64,000 nucleotides of DNA from Thermoplasmata archaeon. Lineage in GTDB: Archaea; Thermoplasmatota; Thermoplasmata; Halarchaeoplasmatales; Halarchaeoplasmataceae. Below, one piece after another: positions 56,018 to 64,000 of the stretch. Made by a program: the position numbers and the translations under genes. The notes below the pieces were generated by a model. It searched no databases, was not told the DNA's origin, and saw only the letters and a list, made by a program, of their open reading frames with translations. The stretch covers positions 28,630 to 92,629 of the forward strand of contig JAWOBZ010000080.1 of the NCBI GenBank assembly GCA_046484045.1, in the 5' to 3' direction. Each line of letters starts with the position of its first letter. Positions within the stretch are counted from its first letter, which is position 1.

Positions 56018-56224
56018 CTATTCGAGTTCGAATTTACTCTCTAGCTTCCTTTTGTTGATAATATCCTTAAAATCGGTGGTTTCGAACTCGGGGAATTCCT
56101 CGAACTCCTGTACATACATCTTCTTTGCCAGCTCTCTGATAACGGGGTTATCGCTGAAGGCAATAGCCAGCTTCAATTTGTTCCTGGTCAGGCATCTATC
56201 CTCTTCGCTCATATGTCCCACCAC
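56018..56224 (-). CDS. Small hypothetical protein
   Basis: 68-aa ORF. Coding potential only. Confidence 0.3.
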   Translation of the reverse strand: MVGHMSEEDRCLTRNKLKLAIAFSDNPVIRELAKKMYVQEFEEFPEFETTDFKDIINKRKLESKFELE

Positions 56225-56357
56225 CTGTCAGTCGTATGACAAGTGCATCCATAATAGATATTGATTAAGTTATATTTATAATTTTATTATATTATATATT
56301 GGACTACGTAGTGAGATAGAAAAATTCGGATGAAGTGGCGGTTAGTCCTCAGCGGAG

Positions 56358-56531
56358 TCAGTAGAAGGCCTTTTCAACTTCCATCTGTATGTCTTCGTAG
56401 ATGGTCTCCATCAAGTACTCCAGGTCATCGCCTTCGAACTCGAAATACCTTCCCATGGCACTCTGCACTTTGGCCCTGTATCCACTACCGTTTTCGACTA
56501 TTTCGATTGAACAGACTGCTTCTTCCACCAT
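56358..56531 (-). CDS. UPF0150/HicB-like small protein (below the ORF-track cut-off)
   Basis: Hand translation gives MVEEAVCSIEIVENGSGYRAKVQSAMGRYFEFEGDDLEYLMETIYEDIQMEVEKAFY. This fits the hhIE..EDGGYxAxV...G pattern of HicB-type antitoxin N-domains. Confidence 0.4.
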   Translation of the reverse strand: MVEEAVCSIEIVENGSGYRAKVQSAMGRYFEFEGDDLEYLMETIYEDIQMEVEKAFY

Positions 56532-56671
56532 TAATTAGGCGCACCCGGGTGTGGTATAAATATTTTTGGTTTGGATAAAACGATATATATGGGAAAATCC
56601 ATAGGGTATGCAAGTGATGACAAACCCCTAGCTGAGCGATAAGCTGTGATGAAGATTTTGAGTTCTGAAAA

Positions 56672-56896
56672 TCAGGGTTCTATGGTCTCGTATTCGTCGA
56701 TGGAATAAGGCTGCAGCACCAGGAGTGCGAATCCCATCCAACCGATGACAAAGATGGATAGAAATATATTGTCGATCCAGAACATGTGGTTGATAATAAC
56801 GACTAGGACCGGGATGATCACCGATATCAGCATGTAGAACAATATCTTCAAGTCAGATCTCTGTTCTGCCATCGGAGAATGAAATATAGGGGTCAA
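56672..56896 (-). CDS. Small hypothetical membrane protein (2 TM)
   Basis: 74-aa product with two hydrophobic helices. Confidence 0.3.
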   Translation of the reverse strand: MTPIFHSPMAEQRSDLKILFYMLISVIIPVLVVIINHMFWIDNIFLSIFVIGWMGFALLVLQPYSIDEYETIEP

Positions 56897-56913
56897 TAAA
56901 AACTTTTTGGGAG

Positions 56914-57213
56914 TTATTTTCTTGCCGTGAGTATCAGTCTTTTGGCGTTTTCGTCGTATGGAGAGCCGTGGAGGTCGCCGTAAGCCTGGATGCCTACGAA
57001 GCCTGCTTTTTCAAGCATCTCTTCGAGCTCGTGTGCGGAATACAGCCTGTGGTCTATGGCGAATTCGTTGACTTCTCCTTGATCTATGGTTATCCATCGG
57101 TTGGACATGCGGCTCCAGTCGTCGGTGACGCTTCTCTCTTCAAGGTAGTATACACCGTCTTTCTGGTACCAGTCCCTCTTCTGGAAGATCCTGGCGATGA
57201 TCTCTTTTCCCAT
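56914..57213 (-). pseudogene. C-terminal fragment of a class I SAM-dependent methyltransferase (truncated)
   Basis: The 99-aa ORF ends ...RLYSAHELEEMLEKAGFVGIQAYGDLHGSPYDENAKRLILTARK, typical of the last strands of a Rossmann MTase. There is no upstream room for the SAM-binding motifs, because the next gene ends at 57262. Confidence 0.45.
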
Positions 57214-57261
57214 AATAATGCTGATGGTTTCATACCTTTAGGATGTCGATATCCGGGTCCG

Positions 57262-57906
57262 TCATCCACATCCCTCTTCGTAAAAAAACGGGAACATGTC
57301 TTTCCTCAGTTTCGCCATCCTCCCGTCGGGGTGGGTGAACACTACGCCCTCTACGTAGCCCTTCTCTTTTGCTGTGTCGTACTTCATGTTGTGTGTTTTA
57401 GCGTAGAACAACGGAATGAGATCTTCCTTGAACCATTTGGAGATGGATTCGTAGGTCTTGGGGTATTTACCCCATGAGTGGTAAACGAGTTTTTCTCGAC
57501 TGTAGGTCGAGAACGGGATCCACAACCGCTGGTCTAGGTCGTATTTATTTTCCCTCCATTTAGGACTGGGGCCCACCAGTTCACCGAAATGCTGCCCGTC
57601 TTCTAGGTCATCCATGTATCCCTTGGAGTAGGAGTTGATCAGTCCTTTCATTATGAACGCCCCCTGCTTGCTGAAGAACGGGATCCTGTTCATCCTGTTC
57701 CAAACCTCGACGATCTCTCCATCTTCGATAATTATCGATACGTTGGTGCCGTCGAGCTTTTCGACCGCCATGACGGAGTCGTCCTGGAAGACCCATTCGT
57801 AGCCTTCGTTTATCTCGTCGATGACGACATAGTTGTCGTTCTCGTCATGTTCCCGGACAAATGGGCTGTGGAGCTTCGGCATGTTCTGAGCTTTGTACTC
57901 GGTCAT
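57262..57906 (-). CDS. Minimal ATP-dependent RNA/DNA-ligase-like nucleotidyltransferase (Rnl2/Rnl5-like)
   Basis: Motif I VEKLDGTNVSI (KxDG), motif IV-like EGVVFTHPDG and motif V AKLRK. Length is 214 aa and there is no OB domain. Confidence 0.55.
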   Translation of the reverse strand: MTEYKAQNMPKLHSPFVREHDENDNYVVIDEINEGYEWVFQDDSVMAVEKLDGTNVSIIIEDGEIVEVWNRMNRIPFFSKQGAFIMKGLINSYSKGYMDDLEDGQHFGELVGPSPKWRENKYDLDQRLWIPFSTYSREKLVYHSWGKYPKTYESISKWFKEDLIPLFYAKTHNMKYDTAKEKGYVEGVVFTHPDGRMAKLRKDMFPFFYEEGCG

Positions 57907-58053
57907 CTGTTATCACCGTAGTTTTTGTATTATAGAGCTGATTTTTAAGGCTTTTCGAGGGGGGCGGGTGAATGTGGGGGTTGGGTGAGATTGGGGGTAA
58001 GAGGTATAGTTGATGGGGGTAAAATTCTTGATAAAGTGGGTTATCTATAATCA

Positions 58054-59007
58054 TTATCGAGGCAAGTTCGTTAAACCTTCAAAAGACTCTACATAAACCT
58101 CGTGTATCTTTTCTGCGGCATTTTCTATCTGCACCATCTCTTTATCCGGCAGAGAGATCGCATCTCCTATCATTTTCCCTACGACCCTAGGGGTGCTCAC
58201 CATGACTTCTTCCTTAATATTCAAACCCTGGTATGGTGCTGCCACGGGGAGTATCTTATTTTCATTTAAAGCAATAGAACGTAGTATATCTCTAAAGGAA
58301 ACTGCCGGCCCCATCCTTGTTCCTCCACTGGTCTTGATAATTTGTCGGGATATCTCCTTTACATGCTCTTGGATTTGTTCTATATCCAAGGATCCGTTCG
58401 TTTCTCTCAGATATCGTTCCAAAGGCATCCCGTGTATTTCAACGGTCGACCACAGGAACACGGCGTCCTTTCCGTGCTCTCCGCCTACGAAACCTTTTAT
58501 GGATGTTATGGGGACGTCGAGTCTTTTTGAGAGCTCCGCTCTGAAGCGAAGGCTTTCAAGGTTCGTACCCGTGCTGATCACCCAGTCTGCGTTGGATAGT
58601 TTCTTAAAGAGGGTCGCCATGGCGTCCACCGGGTTGGTAACCACGACATAGTACGCATCTGGGTTCGTGGGACCTACGGCTTCCGCGATGTCTTTTATTA
58701 TCCTGGCGTTGGCTTCTGTTAGATCCGTTCTATCCTTCATGTCCTTGGTCCTCGGTGCACCGGCCGTTATCAGGACTATATCCGCTCCTTCTACTGAATC
58801 ATCTTCATCGTATGATACAACATCAATGTCGTTTTCTGTGCTTCCTAGAGAGTGTCTCACCTCTTCTGCTATCGATCCCGCGAGTTCAGGCTTCGTATCC
58901 ACTAAGGTCAATCTGTCTATCCATCTCTCGTGTGCCAGCAGGAGAAGGGTGGCCCTACCGACTCGACCCGTTCCGACGACCGCCACGTGTTTTCCAGAGT
59001 CGATCAT
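58054..59007 (-). CDS. mdh: Malate / L-lactate dehydrogenase (LDH/MDH family)
   Basis: The N-terminus HVAVVGTGRVGRAT is a Rossmann NAD-binding region. The ITAGAPR region and a catalytic H-containing region are present. Confidence 0.85.
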   Translation of the reverse strand: MIDSGKHVAVVGTGRVGRATLLLLAHERWIDRLTLVDTKPELAGSIAEEVRHSLGSTENDIDVVSYDEDDSVEGADIVLITAGAPRTKDMKDRTDLTEANARIIKDIAEAVGPTNPDAYYVVVTNPVDAMATLFKKLSNADWVISTGTNLESLRFRAELSKRLDVPITSIKGFVGGEHGKDAVFLWSTVEIHGMPLERYLRETNGSLDIEQIQEHVKEISRQIIKTSGGTRMGPAVSFRDILRSIALNENKILPVAAPYQGLNIKEEVMVSTPRVVGKMIGDAISLPDKEMVQIENAAEKIHEVYVESFEGLTNLPR

Positions 59008-59046
59008 GAGTTGACAAAAGATATTCTCGTATAAGTTGATTTGGTC

Positions 59047-59418
59047 TTAAGCTAATCTGTCTGCGCCCTGGTAGACTTCTTTTACGGTGAGTACTGCGGC
59101 TGCATGGCCCGGGAACCTGGGTTCCAACCATCCCCTCATCTCCTCGTAGACCTCTCCTTCCGTGTGGTAGGAGATGGTCCCTTTGATCTGGAAGGATTCG
59201 TGGTCGTCGGTGATGAACAGTATCGAGCCGTGGCTTCCGTTCTCTATGTTCGTTCTTGTTTTATCGAAGTAGTTGTCGGCGATGACGAACTGCTCTTCGT
59301 TCCGTTTTTTGATGCAGCTCACGTAGATCGCATTGGGTTCTCCGTTCCTGTTGACTGTTGCGAATACTGCTGGCCCTTCTCTTTTTTCCCATCTAACTTC
59401 TTCTGGTAAGGCTGTCAT
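59047..59418 (-). CDS. Pyridoxamine 5'-phosphate oxidase-like FMN-binding split-barrel protein
   Basis: AVFATVNRNGEPNAIYVS...FVIADNYFDKTRTNI is typical of the PNPOx-like family. The internal start at 59418 is used. Confidence 0.6.
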   Translation of the reverse strand: MTALPEEVRWEKREGPAVFATVNRNGEPNAIYVSCIKKRNEEQFVIADNYFDKTRTNIENGSHGSILFITDDHESFQIKGTISYHTEGEVYEEMRGWLEPRFPGHAAAVLTVKEVYQGADRLA

Positions 59419-59518
59419 ATGTGATCTCTCCTTTGGGTTGGGAAGATGTGGTTGGTTTATAAAATTATGTTGGGGGGTACTGGGGGAAATTTTATATGTT
59501 ACGTATATCATCTAATAC

Positions 59519-60340
59519 GTGATTATCGTGAATAAAAGTATAAATCTCGGTCCATTGGAATCAAAACTCCTATTCGAGTTGGAAAAGAGAGGTAAGTTTT
59601 TGTTTGATTTCAAGGATTCAAAAGACATATTGGATACTTCAGATTCATCCGTAGCCAATGTTCTGTATAGGTTGAGGGAAAAGGATAGAGTTCAAGAGAT
59701 ACAGAAGGGGAAGTACGTATTGAATCCAGCTAGATCAGGTTTGGAGGGTGAATGGATGGAAAACTTATATCTCATAATCGATCACATAGTGGATGATTAT
59801 TACGTCGGTTTCTGGTCAGCCATGAGTTACTGGGACCTGACTGAACAGATCCCCGTTGTGACCCAGGTTGCTTTAACTAAAAGGAAGAGGCGAGTAGAAT
59901 ATCTAGGTCAGGAAATCAAGTTCATCAAGATATCTGGAAAACGGTTTTTTGGAGATGTGAAAAAGGATGTTGAAGATGGAAGTTTCTATATATCTTCATT
60001 AGAGAAAACCGTTGTGGATGGTCTGACGTATCCGCAGTATTGTGGAGGGTTGTATGAAGTTTCCAAGGCGTTGTGGAACTCCCGAGAGATCATCGATTGT
60101 GAGAAAGTCTTTAGATTCCTAAATAGGTTGGATATGAGTGCGGTTACCAGGAGGATGGGGTATCTTTTGGATGTGCTCGATATCAAAAAAGATTTGAAGG
60201 ATAAATTAAGAGATGAATATAGTGGTTTCAGATGGTTGGATCCCTCTTCTTCCAAACCGGACTTTATTTATAATAAGGAGTGGGGTCTTAAATTGAATAT
60301 ATCTGATAAAGAAATGTTGGGTTGGAGAGTGCTACGTTGA
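59519..60340 (+). CDS. abiEi: AbiEi-family antitoxin / transcriptional regulator (type IV TA)
   Basis: An N-terminal wHTH (VANVLYRLREKDRVQEIQKGKYVLNP) plus a C-terminal AbiEi-like domain. Its 3' end overlaps the abiEii start by 19 nt. Confidence 0.7.
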   Translation: MIIVNKSINLGPLESKLLFELEKRGKFLFDFKDSKDILDTSDSSVANVLYRLREKDRVQEIQKGKYVLNPARSGLEGEWMENLYLIIDHIVDDYYVGFWSAMSYWDLTEQIPVVTQVALTKRKRRVEYLGQEIKFIKISGKRFFGDVKKDVEDGSFYISSLEKTVVDGLTYPQYCGGLYEVSKALWNSREIIDCEKVFRFLNRLDMSAVTRRMGYLLDVLDIKKDLKDKLRDEYSGFRWLDPSSSKPDFIYNKEWGLKLNISDKEMLGWRVLR

Positions 60341-61092
60341 AGATGGATGAACTGAAGAGATTATCTGGAAGAAAGAAAATCCCCCAAGGGATCATCTATA
60401 AGGATTACGTGATAACAGTGATCCTAGAGGATATATCTAGGAAGGATTATAAGGAGGATTTGATCTTCAAAGGAGGTACCTGTCTAAAAAAGATATATTT
60501 TGATGAAACGAGATTTTCTGTAGATATAGATTTCACCTGCACTCGTCAGAAGGTTTCCGACGAACTACTTACTGACCTCAAAGGGGATATAGAGGATAAA
60601 ACGGTCAGAGGTGTATCCTTCGGAGGTATAAAAGAGGATCGTGGTTGGGCAGATAGTGTCAGTTTCAAATTAGGATATTACGATCTAAATGAACATCCCA
60701 ACAGTGTTAAGATAGACCTGAGTTTTAGAGAGCAGCCGATCTTAAAGCCTGAAATTAAGCACGTGTTGATTCCAGATTACGGGAGGATCGATAAGTTCGA
60801 AATGTATGTTTTCCCTCTAAAAGAGATTCTATCAGAAAAAATTCGCGCTCTTATTACAAGGGGAGCTGCGAGGGATGTCTTTGATGTGTGGTTTCTTTTG
60901 AAAAATGGTGTGGAATTGGATATTAGCTTGGTTGAGGAGAAGATGGATTTATATGATGAAGAATTCGACATGGAGGAATTTATTGATAAGATCGGTGAGA
61001 TGGAGAGTAAGTGGAAACGTGACCTGGGGATGCTCGTGCCGGAGGCACCAGGATTCGAAACTGTTAAGGAAGAGATACGTTCGATCCTTTAG
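60322..61092 (+). CDS. abiEii: AbiEii/AbiGii-family nucleotidyltransferase toxin (DUF1814)
   Basis: DLIFKGGTCLKKIYFDETRFSVDIDFT is the hallmark of the family. Confidence 0.8.
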   Translation: MESATLKMDELKRLSGRKKIPQGIIYKDYVITVILEDISRKDYKEDLIFKGGTCLKKIYFDETRFSVDIDFTCTRQKVSDELLTDLKGDIEDKTVRGVSFGGIKEDRGWADSVSFKLGYYDLNEHPNSVKIDLSFREQPILKPEIKHVLIPDYGRIDKFEMYVFPLKEILSEKIRALITRGAARDVFDVWFLLKNGVELDISLVEEKMDLYDEEFDMEEFIDKIGEMESKWKRDLGMLVPEAPGFETVKEEIRSIL

Positions 61093-61185
61093 TTCATGTA
61101 TTATGTTATATTGTGAAATAAATCATTTAAATTTCAAATTCGAAACAGAGTTCGAAATGAAGGGGGGGCGTGTGAGGAAATTGAT

Positions 61186-61626
61186 TTATTTATCATCTAA
61201 CCTTTTTTCCAACGCATCGATTAGTATCTCTATGATCCTTTCGATATCATCTAGGTTTCTGAAAAGGTAATCTTGAGCGATATCCCTTCCCCTGTATATG
61301 ATATCGCTTCTGAGTAATCTTAAGTCGTCTATAAGATGGGTATATTGATATTCTATAAGATCTGGTTCTATGTCGTTAATATATGAGATCAAACATTCAT
61401 GACTGTAACTTTTGTATCCATCTAATGCTAATAATGCGGTCAATAGTTCCTTGATAGCTTCATAATACGATTCCAACAAAAGTTGAGGATATTCGTCTTC
61501 TTTCCTTTTCTCTATGGATTTCATCCTACGTTTTGCCAGGATTAAAAGAGATCTAGCCTGCTCTGGATTCTCTTGAATCTCCTTCACTTTCTTCTTTTCC
61601 TTACAATCTTCCCAATCTTTCATCAT
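61186..61626 (-). CDS. HEPN-like protein, putative partner of the upstream MNT
   Basis: The 146-aa helical protein overlaps the MNT stop by 4 nt. An R-x4-[HY] motif candidate is LRSDIIYRG. No canonical H is seen. Confidence 0.45.
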   Translation of the reverse strand: MMKDWEDCKEKKKVKEIQENPEQARSLLILAKRRMKSIEKRKEDEYPQLLLESYYEAIKELLTALLALDGYKSYSHECLISYINDIEPDLIEYQYTHLIDDLRLLRSDIIYRGRDIAQDYLFRNLDDIERIIEILIDALEKRLDDK

Positions 61627-62147
61627 ATCACTTTTAGGAAACCGTGTAGAACGATCCCGTTAGCCAACGAGTTTCTTAACTCTTCGTTCACGTTGTCGAT
61701 GTCAGGTTCGTATAAAAGGTTTATTTTCCTGTTCAGTTTTTCTTCGTATTCGTTTAAGTTCAAGTTTGTCTTCTTTGATTGGATGAACAAGTCTATATCT
61801 CCGTTGGTGTCGTCTCTTCCAGAGGCAGCACTACCGAATAGAACTAAACAGTTCGGTGTAGATTGATTTTTTATTAAATCTATCAGTCCAGATGTTTTTA
61901 AACGTATTAGTAGATCGTTGACCTTGTAGGTTCTAAATTTATCGTTTATTACAGCACGGTATCCTTTGTAGAGTCCATCTTCATTCGATTCGATAAGGTC
62001 CTCTTCGATCAGCTTCAGTAGATGACTCTTTACCGATGGGTGGCTGATGTTCACTTCTCTTGAGATCTCCCTAAGATGCCATATCTTGTTCGGCTCGTCG
62101 AAGAAAACCTGTAGGACTTTGTATAGATTTGATGATCGGTATATCAT
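61623..62147 (-). CDS. Minimal nucleotidyltransferase (MNT) with an N-terminal wHTH
   Basis: LVLFGSAASGRDDTNGDIDLFI matches GSx9-13DxD of the Pol-beta NTase fold. A palindrome at 62151-62181 upstream may be an operator. Confidence 0.75.
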   Translation of the reverse strand: MIYRSSNLYKVLQVFFDEPNKIWHLREISREVNISHPSVKSHLLKLIEEDLIESNEDGLYKGYRAVINDKFRTYKVNDLLIRLKTSGLIDLIKNQSTPNCLVLFGSAASGRDDTNGDIDLFIQSKKTNLNLNEYEEKLNRKINLLYEPDIDNVNEELRNSLANGIVLHGFLKVI

Positions 62148-62347
62148 ATTACCACCTGGTATAATATTTTACCAAGTGGTATTAATAGTTACCGGTTTGA
62201 GATACTAAACGTGAACTTTGTGGAGTGGCGTGTTTATCGAAACAGAGTGCGAAATGAAGGAGGGAGACAAACACTTTTCCAAAATCTGTGATGATATTTT
62301 TTTGAGTGTGATTTTGAGTTGTCTTAAGTTTTTAGTATTTACTCTGA

Positions 62348-62842
62348 TCACTTTTCATCCAATTCAGTACGCACTTTTTCGTACAGTTCATCGCTGATCC
62401 AAAAACCTGAATCCCTTAAAGTATCCAAGTGTTCTATTGGATCCTTCAATTTATTCAATTTTGCAGCCTTTAAAAGTAGGCCTATAACTCCGGTTATTTG
62501 CAGATCATGATTTCTAGCCAGTTCCCTAGCATCGTACTCATCTAACAAGATGATATCTGCAGATTCCTGAATAGCTAAAACAATTGCCTCTGATTCACCT
62601 TCATCTACATCTTTAAAGAATGCTGTTTTTAGATGTATATTCTCTCTTTTTATTTGTTTTACATATATCCATTCAGCATTTTCTATGTCCCTTGAATCCT
62701 TTCTATCTCCACCCTCTACAACGCATTCTTCGTAGACCGCTTCAGGGATGAGTACTTCATCGAATAGTTCATTTAAGATCTCTAGAAGCCCTATCTTCGA
62801 TAGGTGAATCAATGGAGAAGAATTACTGACCGCGATTGGCAA
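62348..62842 (-). CDS. DUF3368 PIN-like nuclease domain protein
   Basis: The N-terminus VSNSSPLIHLSKIGLLEIL and the acidic ILLDEYDARE motif are typical of DUF3368. The upstream UPF0175 gene overlaps it by 20 nt. Confidence 0.65.
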   Translation of the reverse strand: MPIAVSNSSPLIHLSKIGLLEILNELFDEVLIPEAVYEECVVEGGDRKDSRDIENAEWIYVKQIKRENIHLKTAFFKDVDEGESEAIVLAIQESADIILLDEYDARELARNHDLQITGVIGLLLKAAKLNKLKDPIEHLDTLRDSGFWISDELYEKVRTELDEK

Positions 62843-63077
62843 ATTCGATGTCCTCCTTCAATTCCCTCTCATCATAGTGTCTTTCTATCTTCCTTTTTTT
62901 AAGTTCATCTATAAATTCCCATTTCCCCATCTCTGCCAACTTCCTCGCTTTACCGAGAGATATTATTCCCCTTTGGTAAAGAGCTAAAGCTAGTTCTAGT
63001 TTTAGCATCTTTTGCCTATCTTTCTTGGGGAGTTTGATAGCATTCAATATCTCTTCGCCTATCGATATAGATTCCAT
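62823..63077 (-). CDS. UPF0175-family small protein (antitoxin-like partner of DUF3368)
   Basis: LELALALYQRGIISLGKARKLAEMGKWEFIDEL matches the UPF0175 pattern. Confidence 0.65.
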   Translation of the reverse strand: MESISIGEEILNAIKLPKKDRQKMLKLELALALYQRGIISLGKARKLAEMGKWEFIDELKKRKIERHYDERELKEDIEFANRGQ

Positions 63078-63401
63078 TTTATCCTGTTTTAAATAGAGTA
63101 GTGAATAGATTTAAAACTTTTCATCTTTGAAAATTTTTGCATAGTGCGAAATGAAGGAGGGGGCGTATGGATAAAATAGTAAATTTTATACATGCGTGAG
63201 GAACAGGGTTCCTAACAGTGTGAAATAAGAAAAAAAGTGAACCGGTAAAATAGGGTTGTCTTTCACAATTTTATTCGTGCAATAGATACTTTGTAATCTT
63301 CCCCTTTCCTTCGTGATATTGTTTGTATTGAAATATCTAGATAAGAGCTCCGGTATGCTGTTAATTCTGTTGAAATCCATATAAACAGTATTCCGTTCTC
63401 A

Positions 63402-64000
63402 CTACCCTTCACTTTTTTTTATTATACCGTGACCGGCTTTGCCGTCCACCTTAACGAGCAGAGGTGATGAAAGACGTAGGTGCCTCACGTACCGTTCCTT
63501 GTTCTCAGCGGGCATATCATCCATCCAAGTCCAATCAACGAAATCCTCCTTCGATTTGTTAGCAATTGTAAGGTAAGGGATCCCAAGAGATGTAATGTTG
63601 TGAAAGAAATGAGAGCCCTGTGAAGGGTCCACCCGTATGTCCATGATCGGAGTTTCCACTATGGCCCTTACTCCGGCCATGTGGCCCCAATTGACCGGAA
63701 TACCAAGCCATTTGTCGTTGCTGCCCCATCGGCCCGGACCGATGAGTAGATAGGGCCTCCCGTTCACCTTTTCGTTCATCTCACCGATCTCTTTGGCGAT
63801 GTTAACGGTTTGACTTCGATCAAAGGTTTTGGGTGGCACATAGACGATGTCATATATATCGTTAAATTTTCCGTTACCAAGGGCTTTAGAGGAATAAATA
63901 AGGCACCCCTCTCGTTCGTTATCTTCAATAACAACATGATTGTGCTCTTTCATAGAGAGAAATGGTCTTATCTGCAGTATGTAAAACACCAGATCACCAT
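63402..64000 (-). CDS. Hypothetical protein, C-terminal portion (5' end beyond the window)
   Basis: The long ORF runs to the window edge. Conserved-looking segments such as LLIGPGRWGSNDKWLGIPVNWGHMAG are present, but no family is assigned. Confidence 0.4.
   Translation of the reverse strand, partial: GDLVFYILQIRPFLSMKEHNHVVIEDNEREGCLIYSSKALGNGKFNDIYDIVYVPPKTFDRSQTVNIAKEIGEMNEKVNGRPYLLIGPGRWGSNDKWLGIPVNWGHMAGVRAIVETPIMDIRVDPSQGSHFFHNITSLGIPYLTIANKSKEDFVDWTWMDDMPAENKERYVRHLRLSSPLLVKVDGKAGHGIIKKSEG

Noticed and set aside
1-64000. CRISPR arrays, rRNA genes, transposases and tyrosine/serine integrases
   Set aside because: I looked for regularly spaced 24-40-nt exact repeats, 16S/23S/5S signatures, DDE/HTH transposase motifs and R-H-R-Y integrase motifs. 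None was found, and the only regularly recurring short motifs are the junction motifs reported in the findings.

Overview
This is an archaeal chromosomal window of about 47% GC that looks euryarchaeal, possibly Thermoplasmata-like. The first ~15.7 kb is a conserved housekeeping core. It holds the 3' part of glnA, a glutaredoxin plus FTR-like/rubredoxin redox pair, a Kbl-like PLP enzyme, hyuB/hyuA, and the complete archaeal exosome superoperon (psmA, SBDS, rrp4, rrp41, rrp42, rpl37ae, rpoP, pcc1-like, pfdB, DHH phosphoesterase). tyrS and pgk follow. After tRNA-Thr(CGU) the content becomes mosaic. The first accessory feature is an orphan CARF-like plus PIN-nuclease gene pair. An operon follows that encodes a RadB-like protein with a degenerate P-loop, a small protein, and a family-B DNA polymerase whose Exo II Asp, motif-B Asn and first motif-C Asp are all substituted (PolB2-like). 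Housekeeping genes come next (cysS, hisC-like, pheS, hutH, dcd, a HEAT-repeat protein, an EamA transporter, glycerate kinase). A tRNA-Arg to tRNA-Gln mini-island carries a HIT hydrolase and two vapBC pairs. A bacterial-type queA-tgt pair, a TPR protein, sec61beta, a Cys-rich basic protein, rfcS and yjbQ follow. The surface-related block consists of an S-layer-like protein with an acidic tandem-repeat tail, an M48-like protease, BtpA, a DUF234 AAA ATPase flanked by 17-bp direct repeats, and a 1976-aa giant surface protein. The last ~8 kb is a cassette-like accessory island. It contains a HicB-like gene, a truncated methyltransferase, a minimal RNA-ligase-like gene, mdh, a PNPOx-like gene, AbiEi/AbiEii, HEPN/MNT and UPF0175/DUF3368 modules. 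A recurring G-rich junction motif punctuates this island. No CRISPR array, rRNA, transposase or integrase was found. The most interesting candidates are the split CARF-PIN module with the adjacent PolB2/RadB-like operon, and the repeat-punctuated cassette island.
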